Part shown: positions 29,106 through 43,671 of the stretch, one piece after another
How positions within the stretch are numbered: the first letter of the stretch is position 1
Layout: each line of letters begins with the position of its first letter
From: the human T2T-CHM13v2.0 reference genome, Homo sapiens
Strand: one strand, 5' to 3'
NCBI RefSeq assembly: GCF_009914755.1
Contig: NC_060929.1
DNA length: 64,000 nt
Notes under the pieces: model-generated
The model's input: only the letters and a program-made list of their open reading frames with translations
Databases searched by the model: none
Told to the model about the DNA's origin: nothing
Made by a program: the position numbers and the translations under genes

Positions 29106-30484
29106 GGACTTCCAATAAAACATGGCTAGTTATATACACATATTTGCCTCTACTCCCTCCAGAAAGTCCACTAAAATGACAACTAAGGGATTAAATGAAA
29201 GTTAAACAAAGAGAAGAAGAGAAACAGTAACAACATTTAAAAGCCAAAAACCATTGGAGGAATGGTAATGACTTAGCCGACCCAAGAAAATAAGAAAAGC
29301 TGGGAGGCAACCTGATTTAAACCACGGAATCCCCAAAAGGTACAGGAATGGGCAACACCAGTTACCTCTAGAAGGGGACTAAGGATGGGGCTAAAAATAA
29401 GAGGACGGGTTGAGGTTGTTAAAGAGTCAGACCCAATATCTCCTCTACCACTCTGGCAGAAGACTGGAAACTCATTCCCTGACAAAGATAAGGCAAAGGA
29501 TCTGTTGAACTGGGGAACAGCAAGAATAGTGAAGATGAAAAACTATCCTGAAAACAGGAGCAATGAGTGAAAGCCGACACACTGAATGTTGAAATTACCC
29601 CCTCACTGTATTTTGCCCCCCTAGTGAAAAGAGACTTCTTTGGGAAATCTGGACAGTTTAAGAGAAAAGCTATGAGACTGATATCAGGCATTTACCTATG
29701 AAATGGCTCAGCCAGATCACCCCGCTCTAAAGGGAGTATCTTGAGCCCTCCCTTTGCATACAGAGCCTTCCATCAGATCTGTAGAGCCCTATTCCTACAT
29801 ATGAACAGATAGCCAAGGATTACCTGACATTTGAGGAAGACTTCTTAGAGGAAAGCAAGAGGCCAGATTATCACACACCGGGGCCTGTCGTGGGGTGGGG
29901 GGAGGGGGGAGGGATAGCATTAGGAGATATACCTAATGTAAATGACGAGTTAATGGGTGCAGCACACCAACATGGCACATGTATACATGTGTAACAAACC
30001 TGCACGTTGTGCACATGTACCCTACAACTTAAAGTGTAAAAAAAAAAAACTTGGAAGGAAATAATGCAGGAAGATGATGATATTACTATCACATGGCTCA
30101 GCTATTGATAGCTTTTAAATGGTCATAAAATGCGAACATCTATATCAATCTAAAAGTCTCTAAAACTATTTGGGAGTACAGAGTTGGAGGGTGAGGAGTC
30201 ATGTGACTATGGGTGATGATGGAAGGGGGTGAGAAAGAGTGCTATATCCTTATCTTCCATAGTTTAATATTTAAAAGTGAAAAATCAGGATGTAGCAATA
30301 AAAGCATGTGATTTAGAGATATGGATGTAAATACCAAGATAATCATTTGAAAAAGTCTAGTGGGTTTGCCTTTAAGAGCGGGAAGTGGAAGAGGCTGGGA
30401 GAGGAGACTTCTGTTTCTCATACAAGCCTTAAACAACTCTTTGTCTCCTTACATGCATGCACATATCACTTGGATAAAAGTAAA
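29106..30484 (+). mobile_element. HAL1-like element: 5' part (29106-29869) and 3' part (30050-30484), middle missing
   Basis: 5'-type ggacttcc...ccactaaaatgacaactaagg; 3'-type atggctcagct...acatatcacttggataaaa. Confidence 0.6.
29870..30049 (+). mobile_element. Young L1PA (about PA3-PA5) 3'UTR fragment with poly(A)
   Basis: atcacacaccggggcctgtcgtggggtggggggaggggggagggatagcattaggagatatacctaatg...aaagtgtaaaaa. Confidence 0.95.
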
Positions 30485-30873
30485 CACTACATAAAACATT
30501 ACATCATCACAGGGCTTCTGCTTGGCACATTCTTGAATTGCCAAGAATCAAAATATCAATTCTGTGATATTGTACACAGCTGAATAGATATTGCTTTCTG
30601 AAAATCTTGGTGGTCTCACACATCCATTTATTTTAGTTCTAATGTGAAACTCGTATGATTTTCATGATTTCTTGATCCACTATGATGTTTCTCAAACCCT
30701 CTGCAAGGCAAGGGTAATTAGTTAGAGTACAGCCAGAAGTTACAACACCCAATCTCTTTTCAGGGCAATGAGGAGGTGACCCAAACACAACCCTCTTCAG
30801 TAAAACAATGATATAGGAATGATGGCAGCTTACAGTTTCACAATCTGGAAGTTTAGGAACTCTTACTTTCCTT

Positions 30874-30945
30874 GTTATGAAAGTTTTCACATTGAGTAAT
30901 CTCACCCTCGTTATGAAAATTTTCACATTTAGTAATCTCACCTTC
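30874..30945 (+). repeat. Tandem duplication, 2 x 36 bp
   Basis: gttatgaaagttttcacattgagtaatctcaccctc / gttatgaaaattttcacatttagtaatctcaccttc, 33/36 identical. Confidence 0.92.
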
Positions 30946-33900
30946 AAAGCTATACTCACAATTTGGGCTATTTATGACCTTTTCCATGATTTTCAACTGA
31001 TTTCAGCATCTAAGATAGCTCACTCGAAAGCAGTTCCTATGAAGTTTTTCAGTGTGAGTTACACAGACAATACATCTAAGACATAAAACAGTCCAGATGA
31101 CTATGTGGTTAAGGCTCCAAGGATCCACGTTCCAGACTTGTTTCTGGTTCTTCTGTGAGAAGCAGCCACAGAAAAACTTCCCCAAGGAAATGAGCCACTC
31201 CAGGAGGTGGTGGAAGCAGAAAAACCAAGGGAGTATCCAAATTTAAGAAGGACTTAGGATATATTGAGGGAGGATTTTTTTTTTCTTTTAAAGAGAAAAG
31301 TTTGGAGAAAAAACACAAAGTGAGAGCCAGAAAAAAAAGTTTACCTTTTGTTCAGAGATTTGAAGGTAAACTTCAGAGGTGCACTTCATTCCATTTTCCA
31401 GACAAATATGGATACTACCCTTCTACACAGAATCTTACTGACACCAATTTTGTGCAAGAAATTGTGCTGATTGCTATAGGAGATTTAAAAATGCATTTAA
31501 GGGGGGCTCATCTTAAGAATTTTACCAGGTCTGAAACTCTTAAATACTTATCTCTGAAAGCGGATTTTCTCTCAGTGTATATTTTATGTAATTCTCTCTG
31601 TGTATTTTGCATAGGCATATTCATCTCTGTTGTCTTCCTTGGGTTGTAAATTCAGTCTGATACTGGGAGCACTTACAAATATTATTAGATTTGAATGACT
31701 TTTGTTGCTTTAGAAGATGATGAAATTGATTATAATTATGAAGAACAATATTTTCTACATGCACTAAATAAAAAGATGAAGTCATTATTCTTCAACTCTA
31801 CCCATGTGATAGTCTAAATCTGTTTCAACTGGTACAGAGTTTTGCAGGATCATTTCTATAAGCTGGTCTCTCATTTCTCCCATTGTCTTTCTCGAGGATA
31901 CCATGTGATGTTCCATGGTTGGAATCATTTTAGATGATCACTTTGTTTTAAATTGGAAGGCTACTGGACAACCCCTCTCTGTGTTAAAATGAATTTCACA
32001 AAGTTATTTTTTAATCAGGTGGTTAGATAAAGAAAATCACTATGAAACATAAGCCAGAGATGTGTACATAAACCTAAAACCTGCTACTCTGCAGTTCATC
32101 GTCCAAACTCATCCTGTGTGAGGACATGACATAGCACTGTGCTATCTCAGAGTCTAATTTGCAAAGGCAAAACCTATGGCCCCGTGGGCCCAGATTCTTC
32201 TGAATGTTTATCTTCCCAAGACTTCTTGAACTTTGTTCCCCAATCAGCAGGCAGCGCAGAGTGAAAGCACCTGGGCCCATTTGTCTACAAATGCCAAGTG
32301 AAATCAAAAGTGGGAACTCAGGCTGGGATTTTTCCAGCAAAGCTGTATTAGTGCAGGGGAAAAGAGGGTTTCCTTTGTATGTTTGTGGAAGAATGCCAGT
32401 CTGTCAGTCTCTGCTCAGTGCTGTGCTCATCAATGGCTCTGTCAGTGCAGACTAGATCAGCCCCTGTGTCCAAGTTATAAATGAAATATCACTACACCTG
32501 TCGGGTTTGGAGCTCGGCCTGAGGCCTCAGCTTCCAGGCCATGGTCCATGTTGCTGTTTTAAATTACAAGAGACCAGGAGAATTATTTGCTGTGTCCTTT
32601 CTATGCAGATATGAAAAATATCTATGGATATTTTTCTTCTTGAATCTAGACAAGTATTCGGATTCGTCAGACAACATTTTTTAAGTAACTTACATTTTTA
32701 ATTCACAGAATGAAGATGTGCACTACAAATGATTGAAACTAGAAAAATCTAAGAAAATAGCATTTGTGCTTGCAAGTAATTCCTCATTAATTTCTAATTT
32801 ACATTTTTAAATTGTTTCTTCAAATCTCAAGTGTCTAATTTCACCTCGTTCATTTGTCTGAGTGATACGCTAATGTTTCTAACTGCCAATGCTGTCTGGG
32901 AAGGACTAAAAGCGTTGTTTTGGCAGTTTCTCTCCAGGTGGCTGTGAAAGTGAGCTAGGTTTTGTACTCTCCCCAGAGCTAATGCATTAGGGGGACTCAC
33001 TTGTGTTTAGCAAGGAAGCCCTGTGTGGGATATTCCGCTGATGTGTAGTATAATCTGATGTTAAAGTTTAACAGCTACCAGGGAAAAAAAAGGTTTATTG
33101 AGTGTTAACAGCAGTGCTGCAGGGTTGTACTCTCAGAAAGGAATTTTTAAAAACACACAGTAGGAAGCTCACAGGAAGTTCTTCAACTGGATCCAGCAGT
33201 AGACAACAGTGACTTGGACAGGAAACAGGCTGGAAGCTTGTGGGAGGCATCTGGAACCAGGCTCCTGACCATGCCTACAGCAACACAAACTCCATAAAGT
33301 GGTCAATTTTGCTTAGGAAAAGCTCCTGAACAGTGGCAGTTAATATTTAAACTAACTTGTATATTTGATGATGGAAGCTTTTGGCACAGGTGTTATTTCT
33401 CCTGGTGGCACTCAACCTAGGACCTTCCAGACAAGTTGAGGAGTTGGAGAATACTGTTGGCCTCCCTACTCCATTTCAAATGGAAAACAAACTTATCCAA
33501 ATTGGAGGGAAATGTCTCCTGATGGGATCCTCCACCTCCCTTATTACATAGTCTGCTTTGGTAGTATTGCCTCATTTTCATGCATTCATGCTTCCATGCA
33601 TTCATTCACTCAAAAGTATCTATTACATTCCAGGCACCATTCCAAGACTGGGCATCCAGCAGAGATCAAAACAGGCTCAAGCTCCTCCCCTCATGGCACC
33701 GATATTCCAGTGGCATGGACTCAGAGAATGTCAGAACTGGGGCCTATGGTGTTCAGAAGTTACAAATTCAAATTGCTACAGGGGCAGGACAAGGAGTGAA
33801 AATGCACAAAGGTGATAGGAAGGGTGATAATAGCAAACCAGAGAGCATGTGTCCCAAAAGGTATCCAAATATAGTTTTTTTAGAACAGTGTACAGTCTAA

Positions 33901-34864
33901 ACAAAAGAGGCCTCCAATGGCTGCCATTCAATTCTCAAACATCCTTGGAGCAGAAATCAAGACCCAAAACAGATATGTGCCTTGCTGAAGGTCATATAAC
34001 CAGGCAGTGGCCAATCTAAAGCTGGAACTCAGCTTTCCTGGCCCTGGCCCAGTGCTTTGTTTCTATGCTAAACTCCCGCTGGTCAGCTCCTCGAGGCATC
34101 TCAGAAAGTTACTAGTATTTAACATGATCTCGCTGAACAACCCATTCATTCTCTCAACAATTATTTATAAAGCTCTATCATGTGCCAAACACTGAGGAAA
34201 GCTTAAGAGTGTTCAACAACTCCAACGTCAGGAATGGGCCTTAACCTCCCAGAGCTTAAGAGCAGATTGCTTTAGCAATCTAATGTATAATTAGTCAGAA
34301 ACAATAAATTCCTTTTTTCCCCTTTGAGCACTTCCAGGGCAGTAGTTAGAGCGGTCTAGGCTCGGATACACACATGTGCTCAACCTGGGCAAGAAATAAA
34401 TGTACTGTTACATAATTGATATCATGTGTCCTTTAAAATTAACTTAGCCCAACAATTGGTATAAAAAGATTACTGTGGAATAGTGACTAGGTACATAGAA
34501 GGTGCTAAATACATACATGTTGGCTGAGTGGCTATAAGTGTTCATATATTATGCAGTCTCAGCTGCTAAGCAGATGCTTGAACCTGTACATTTGGCTACT
34601 TTCAAGAAGCCTCAACAGTGGCATAGTAAGTGTCAGGGCTAGCCACTCACTGTGCAAATGTTGATGGAGTGCCTACCTCCCATGTGGAAGGCTTCTAGAG
34701 TGTACATGTAAGTGCTGTGGCATTCAAGTATCAGGGTTAATGAACCAAAAGTAAGTTGGAAACCATTTTTTTCTAACTATTTCCCAGAAATATAGTAGAA
34801 TTATTTGGAAAATAGCCCAGAGTAGGTCTCCTAGATCAGCAATTCCATGCATACCACCTGCCAC

Positions 34865-36753
34865 AGCTGGAAGGAGAAATAACCAAAAGTGTGATCTGCA
34901 CTGATTCATGGACTGTGGCTGATGGTTTGGCTGGATGGTCAGGGACTTGGAAAAAAACACAATTGGAAAATTGGTGACAAGGAGATCTGGGGAAGAGGTA
35001 TGTGGATAAGCTTCTCTCAATGGGCAGAGAGTGTGAAGAGATTTGTGTTCCATGTGAATACCCATGGAAGGGTGACCTCGGATGGATAGGATGGCACATT
35101 CTATCAGCCTCCTTCTATACCCACTCTTGTCATTGCCCAGTGGGCTCATGAACAAAGTGGCCATGGTAGCAGGGATGGAGGTTATGCAAGGACTAGCACC
35201 ATGGACTTCCACTCATCAAGGCTGACCTAGCCATTACCACTACTGAGTATCTAATCTGCCAACAGCCCTTGAGCCCCTAATATGGCACAATTCCCAGGGA
35301 GATCATCCAGGTATTCATTGACACATTGATCCCATTTGGACTATTTCCATAATAGAAGGGACAGCACTGTGTTCCAACAAGAATGGGTGCTTATTCTTTT
35401 TGCCTTCTCTTGCCCACGATGTTTCTACCTAAACTACTACTATCTGTGGACTTACAGAATGCCTTATCCACTGTCACGATATTCTACACAGCATTGTTTC
35501 TGACCAAGGAATTTATTTTATAACAAATGAAGTTGCAGCATTGGGCCCAAACTCATGGAATTCACTGGTCTTACCATGTTCCCCATCATCTTGAAGCACC
35601 TGACTTGATGGAATAGTGGAACAGCCTTTTGAAGGCTCAGTTATGGTGCCATCTAGGTAGCAATACCTTGCAAGGCTAAGGCAATACCTTGAAGTGTCCT
35701 CCAGGATACAGTATATATGCTCAAAATTAATGTCTAATATATATATGGTGATTTTTCTCTCATAGCCGGGATTCATGGGTCTGGAACTTAAGGGGTGAAA
35801 ATGGGAGTGGCTCATCTCACTGTTACTCATTTTTTATTCCCATTCCTGCAACTTTTTGGCTCTGCTAGTTTGGGAGTTTTCATTTCAAAAGGAACTAAAG
35901 GTAGAAAATGCTTCCACCAAGGGACACAACATAATTCCACTGAAGTAGACACTGAGACTCCCCCTGAATAATTTGTGCTCCTTATGCCAGTGAATCAAGA
36001 AATAAAGAAAAGGGTTACTATATTGGCTGGGGAGACTGGTCCATGATAAGCATAGGAAATTGGGGTTACTATACAATGGGGCTAAGGAATAATACATTTG
36101 GGATGCACTAGATCCTCTGGGGCACCTTTTACTATTCCTGTGTCCTAGGATTAAAGTCAATGGAAAACTTTAAAGTCAATTGGAAAACAACTCAATTCAG
36201 ATAGGACTGCTAGTAACCCAGACCTTTCAGGAATGAAGGTTTGAGTCACTTTCCAGGCAAGGAAACTCAACCAGCTGAAGTGCTTGCTTAGGGCAGAGGG
36301 AATATGGAATGGGTAGTGGAAGAAAGCAGTGATAAATACTAGAAATGACCACGGGACCATTGCATAAATGAAGACTGTAATTGTTTGAGTGTTTCTTCTC
36401 TTTTTTAGTACTTATATGTTTGTATATATATTGGCCAAATATTTTTGTTTTCTTACCGTCTCTCATCCCCATATTATCTAAGCTGTGTTAAATAGTAATT
36501 AATCTTATATACCAGTATTTAAGTTATAGGATTATCAGAAGAGGATTGTGAATCAATTGGAAGAATTAACATCACCAAAAGACAAAAAAAAAGGGCCTTT
36601 GTCTCCTCTTCTAGGGAAACTGTTAGTGTGTTTTTGGTTGTATGTGTAATGGTTGTTTCACATCAGATAAAGCATGACTTTGTTATGGGTTCCATTTGGA
36701 GATAAAATATGCCCTATGAAGCTATGTAGAGTACAAGTTGACAAAGGGTTGAC
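34865..36753 (+). mobile_element. Decayed ERV-L internal region: RNase H, integrase, dUTPase, PPT
   Basis: Translates to TDSWTVADGLAGWSGTWKK.NWKIGDKEIWGRGMW and AQWAHEQSGHGSRDGGYA; dUTPase-like at ~35830-36130; many stops and frameshifts. Confidence 0.88.
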
Positions 36754-37663
<910 letters not shown>

Positions 37664-38040
37664 AGCTTATTTCCCTCACATGGTAACAGTTCAAAGGTGG
37701 GCAATCCAGGTTGGCAGGACAGCTCTGTCCCACATGCACATTTGGGACTGTATTGTACTACTATTGTAGGGCATTGTCATTACCCACTTGGTCAAAGCAA
37801 AGTCTTCACATCCAAATTCCAGCCAGCAGGAAGGGGCAAGAGGGTATGGAGGAGCTACACCCAACATCTAAGGCCCAGCCCTAAAAGAGGCACACATTTC
37901 TTCTGTTCACATTCTGTAGGTAAGAATTTCATCACATGGCTTCACCCAACTCCAAGAAAGACTTGGAAATCAATTCTAGTGCAGTAGCCGTGTGCCCAGG
38001 AATAAAGGGAAAAGGTAGCTTGGTGAAAAACTAGCTCCCC
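37664..38040 (-). mobile_element. MLT1J-like MaLR LTR fragment
   Basis: cacatccaaattccagccagcaggaagg...tcacatggc...gccgtgtgcccag. Confidence 0.7.
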
Positions 38041-38060
38041 ATAGTGTGCATTTGCATCAG

Positions 38061-38750
38061 CACACGCACACACATATAATATATAGACTAGTGTTAATAG
38101 TGTAAATATTATGATATATAATAATATGTTTTATATAACTATATGTTAATATAAATATATAACTATAATAATAGTATTATATAGTAATACATTAGTAATA
38201 TAGTTATATTACAAATATAACAATAATATAATTATGATATATAATATTGTTATATAGATTATATTGTTATATATATACAAATATATATATATAGAGAGAG
38301 AGAGACACACACACACACACACATGCACACCACTGCAGGGTAGGAAGGGAAGGTGTGTGCCAAGTAGGGGAGAGCAAGGATAAGGTAGAACCCACAATCA
38401 CCAGCTGAGGTGGTAGTTTTGGCTTTCTTGATGGTCTGAATGTCTGCATAATATATATGTGTCATATAATATATATTATATAATATTAATATACAGTGGT
38501 ATAAAACCAATATATGTCATAATATTCACACTATTAAAACTAGCCTATATATGTGATATATATCTATATATAATATATAATTATATATAATATATATAGT
38601 ATATTATATACTATATATTATATAGTATATATTATAATTATATATTATATATTATAGTATATTACTATATATCATATATAGTAATATACTATAATATATA
38701 GTATATAATATATATTATATGTAATATATATAATATTGCATACTATAATG
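38061..38750. repeat. AT-rich low-complexity tract with (TA)n/(GA)n/(CA)n microsatellites and internal inverted arms
   Basis: Almost pure A/T except a GC-balanced insert at 38333-38448. Confidence 0.9.
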
Positions 38751-40949
38751 CTGACTCCAAATCCTAAAAAATAGCACAAAGGAACCACTAAAAATGAGCT
38801 GAGTTACTCTGCAAACAAAAGCTGAATAGCCCAGTGTTATGAAAAATTGAATTGAATGTTTCCAGATTTAAGAGTTTTGTGCTAATAAATAAATAAATAA
38901 ACAACTACTGTAACAACAAACCCCAGGAACTTTCTCAACTAAAAATCATAATTGATTACAAGCTGTTGCCTCCAGCATTGAGTTACATTTTGCCTTACCA
39001 ACTAAATGCTTCAGTAGTTAAAATGATTTTGTTTTGAGATTCACATGGATTAAATAGCCTAGAACACATCTACCCTAGACTTAATCTAAGAGAGAGGAGA
39101 TTTGGTTCAAATGTTCTTCTCAGCATGTCAGGAGATGTTTTCTCCAATTAAATAATCTTATTTTAGTGTTAACTCTGTGCCAAGAAAATAAACAATATAT
39201 CTTTCATGGACACATCTACTCTGTTGTATAAAAACTTTTATTTTCTGGGAGGCTGCTCTTGGAATTTGTACATATAATGAGATCAGAGCTGGAAAAGTCC
39301 TGTTTTCTTTAGCATTTAATGGTTTTGGAAACTGTAAGAGAGCCATGTGACACATTATAATGACAGAGCTCTATGAACAAGTGAATATCAAAGATCTACA
39401 GATAATCTTTTCTTCTTCAAAAAAAGTTTTACAAGAATACTGTATTAAGCACAGTGGGATGTTTTCACTCAGTCTTGAGCTGTGTAAAAATGAGTTGCAA
39501 GAAAATCTGTTGCCGATCATAGACCAAATGCTGTTATGCTTTCAGCACATTTGAAGGGATTAGGCATTATGGATATGTACTTCCAAGATCAAGTTGCAAT
39601 AATGCGAAGTCAGGAAAAACACTTAAGATCCAAGTGTCCGGCTGTCTAAAGGATGGCACAGAGAAGGTATAATGCCAAAGGGCTCCTTTTTGGAGGTCTC
39701 TGCCTCCTACTCCCAGAGAATGGTTCTGGACAAAGACCTGCAGCAGGAGTCATGTTCTCCTGCTCCATCTCCAACTATCTCAACACCCTCCGTTATGCTC
39801 CAGCAATACCCAATAACTCCCACTTCTCCAGACCTGCAATGCTGCCCCTCTCCTCCATGCCTTGCTCTGTGCTGTTTTCTACCACAAAAGCTCCTGTTGT
39901 CCCACAAGACCCAGCTCCTGTATCACTTCTTCCATGAAGCCCAGATAGTAAATTATTCTCTCCTATTTTTTTCTCCTGTTTCACCTACTGGTGAGCTTCT
40001 TAAAAGCAAGAAACCTTATTGATATTGTTTATTTTACATTCCCATTGCCAGACTCATGGTGGGTACATGATACGTGTCTGTGAAATGAACAAGTAAGTGT
40101 TAAATCTAAAAGTGATAAGGGATCTTATCTATTAGCAAACTTGAGGTTTCCTTGCTGACATAGCAAAGGGCCAGTCCCATAGTTCACGGGGGAAGAAGGG
40201 AAGAGAAACTGCTTCAATCTCCTTTCTCATTCTCTCCTCAATCTGGATTTGGGTCAACTAGGACCAGTAGTGAGCTTCCGGTTGCCAAAAGTGTTGTGCC
40301 CCTTGATTGCTCATGGAATGTACTAATGAACAGTTGCTAGTAGAATTACATAGCAGCTCCTCTGCCCTTAGGATCACAGTGCTACATTCCTTTCATGGAC
40401 ATACACCGGGACAAACACCTGGGTGAAGGAGTGGCACAGAAGAAAACTTCCCCAGACCTGCATGGAAGAGCTTAATCTCTTGAGAAGTTAAGAGGTGGCT
40501 TTGCTCTTCCTAGCTTTGTGAATATAAAGTTTAGAGGGAAATTGGGACAGACAAACAGGGGGTTCCAGCCATGACAGACTCATATATGCAGTTTCATTCC
40601 TCCCAACAATTGCTCCATGGGCCTTTCTGAGACACAGTGACCAAGATGAAGAGTGAAGAACCCTGTGATGGGAATCAGGAGGACTGTGTCCAATTCCTAG
40701 CTCTACTACTACTTGTGTGACCTTCTACCATCTTCTTCATCTCCTTAGGCCTCAGTTTTCTTACCTGGTAACGGAGATTACAATACCTACCCAATCACTT
40801 TACCATGTGGTGCTAAGCTTTGAAAAAGTTTGTTTCCACATAATCTCCTCTAAACTTTAAAGGGCCGTACCCACACATGGCTTGTCTCTCACTACTCCCT
40901 TGCAAGTACCCACCTGGGCTTCCCACTAGTCCACAAATGAGTTCTTTCA

Positions 40950-41765
<816 letters not shown>

Positions 41766-42053
41766 TAATTCTACGTCGACTTGAATTCTACTTTAATTTC
41801 TAACTCAAGTTTATCCAAATGTCACCTTCCTTGTGATCCCTTACTTAATCCCCCACCCAGCTCTGACCTTTAGTTCTTCTCAAGTCTCCTAGCACTTTGC
41901 TTCCTCCTTAAATGGCATCTACATGTTATAATTATGTGCGTACTGTTCAGACGCCTCCCCACACACATACATACACTGATATGGGAGCAACTGGAAGGTG
42001 ACTTTTTTTAATCTAGGGAGCCTAGCAGACCTCCTGTCACATGATAAATTTCT

Positions 42054-42716
42054 TTTTATTTTATTTTATTTTATTATTATTATACTTTAAGTTTTAGGGT
42101 ACATGTGCACAATGTGCAGGTTAGTTACATATGTATACATGTGCCATGCTGGTGTGCTGCACCCATTAACTCGTCATTTAGCATTAGGTATATCTCCTAA
42201 TGCTATCCCTCCCCCCTCCCCCCACCCCACAACAGTCCCCAGAGTGTGATGTTCCCCTTCCTGTGTCCATGTGTTCTCGTTGTTCAATTCCCACCTATGA
42301 GTGAGAATATGCGGTGTTTGGTTTTGTGTTCTTGCGATAGTTTACTGAGAATGATTTCCAATTTCATCCGTGTCCCTACAAAGGACATAAACTCATCATT
42401 TTTATGGCTGCATAGTATTCCATGGTGTATATGTGCCACATTTTCTTAATCCAGTCTATCATTGTTGGACATTTGGGTTGGTTCCAAGTGTAAACTAGTT
42501 CAACCCTTGTGGAAGTCAGTGTGGCGATTCCTCAGGGATCTAGAACTAGAAATACCATTTGACCCAGCCATCCCATTTCTGGGTATATACCCAAAGGACT
42601 ATAAATCATGCTGCTATAAAGACACATGCACAGGTATGTTTACTGCGGCACTATTCACAATAGCAAAGACTTGGAACCAACCCAAATGTCCAACAATGAT
42701 AGACTGGATTAAGAAA
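42054..42716 (-). mobile_element. Young L1PA2/3 3' fragment with 5' inversion
   Basis: Minus segment 42054-42489, plus segment 42489-42716; 15-bp TSD acatgataaatttct at 42039-42053 and 42717-42731. Confidence 0.95.
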
Positions 42717-43377
42717 ACATGATAAATTTCTAATAAGTGTTTATGAATGGATGGATGGATGGATAAATAGCAGCAGCCTGTGCTGCCAAAGTATAGAATC
42801 GCTACAGCATGTTTTTGTTATGCAGGTTTAGCAATACAAAACATTTTCCCAAAATAGATTATTCTGTGGACTCAGGCAATGTCTGCTACTCAAGGCAATG
42901 CCATATATTTGCAAAACACCTTCCATTCTCAACCTTTAAACCTATTTAGAAACCACCACTTACTAATTTTCATACCCCCTCACATGAAATACTTTTGGCA
43001 TAATTTAGTAATCCAAACTGTACATACCACAGGGGATTTGAAAAGTACCTAATTAAAGATACAATGCTGTGCTCACCTTATCCTGGGCTTAAATCCGCTG
43101 AAATTAGTGAGCATTTGGACCCAGGGGAGGAAGAATTGAGGCAGTTTTATAGCTGGGGATTTTAAGGGATTTGAGGCATCAGCACACTAGGCTTGAATGA
43201 GAAAAACAGGTTAAAATCAGGGATAAATAAGATAGTTGGAAACCAAACAGGGTGTCAGAATTAAGAAAGAAAATTGGAAAATAGTGAGAGTGTTATTCTG
43301 AACTGCTAAATCAAGGACATGAGAGAGGCCAGCACAGGAGGGAAAAAAAAAACTGAAAAAGTTATAAGAAATGGTAT

Positions 43378-43490
43378 TGTCGTCACCTAATGTCCTCCAA
43401 AAAGCAGAGCTTGAGACATGAATTCACATGTAGGTAGTTTACTTTTAGAAGTGAATCCAAGTAACAGGAGTGGGGAACTGAGAAGCATAG
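43378..43490 (-). mobile_element. LTR16-like ERV-L LTR fragment
   Basis: aagcagagcttgagacatgaattcacatgtaggtagtttact...ggagtggggaactgaga. Confidence 0.6.
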
Positions 43491-43509
43491 GCCTGGCTGG
43501 TTCAGTTTT

Positions 43510-43671
43510 TGGTGTGATCTCAGCTTGCTGCAGCCTCAACCTCCTGGGCTCAAGTGATCCTCCCACTTCAGCCTTCCAAGTAGCTGGGAATACAGGCATG
43601 TGCCACCATGCCCAGATAATTTTTTTATTTTTTTTGTAGAGATGGAATTTCACCATGTTGCCCAGGCTGGT
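43510..43671 (-). mobile_element. Internal AluJ fragment lacking both ends
   Basis: ctgcagcctcaacctcctgggctcaagtgatcctccc; no tail and no 5' end. Confidence 0.88.

Noticed and set aside
34724-35212. 162-aa minus-strand ORF
   Set aside because: Antisense to the decayed ERV-L pol; no independent coding evidence
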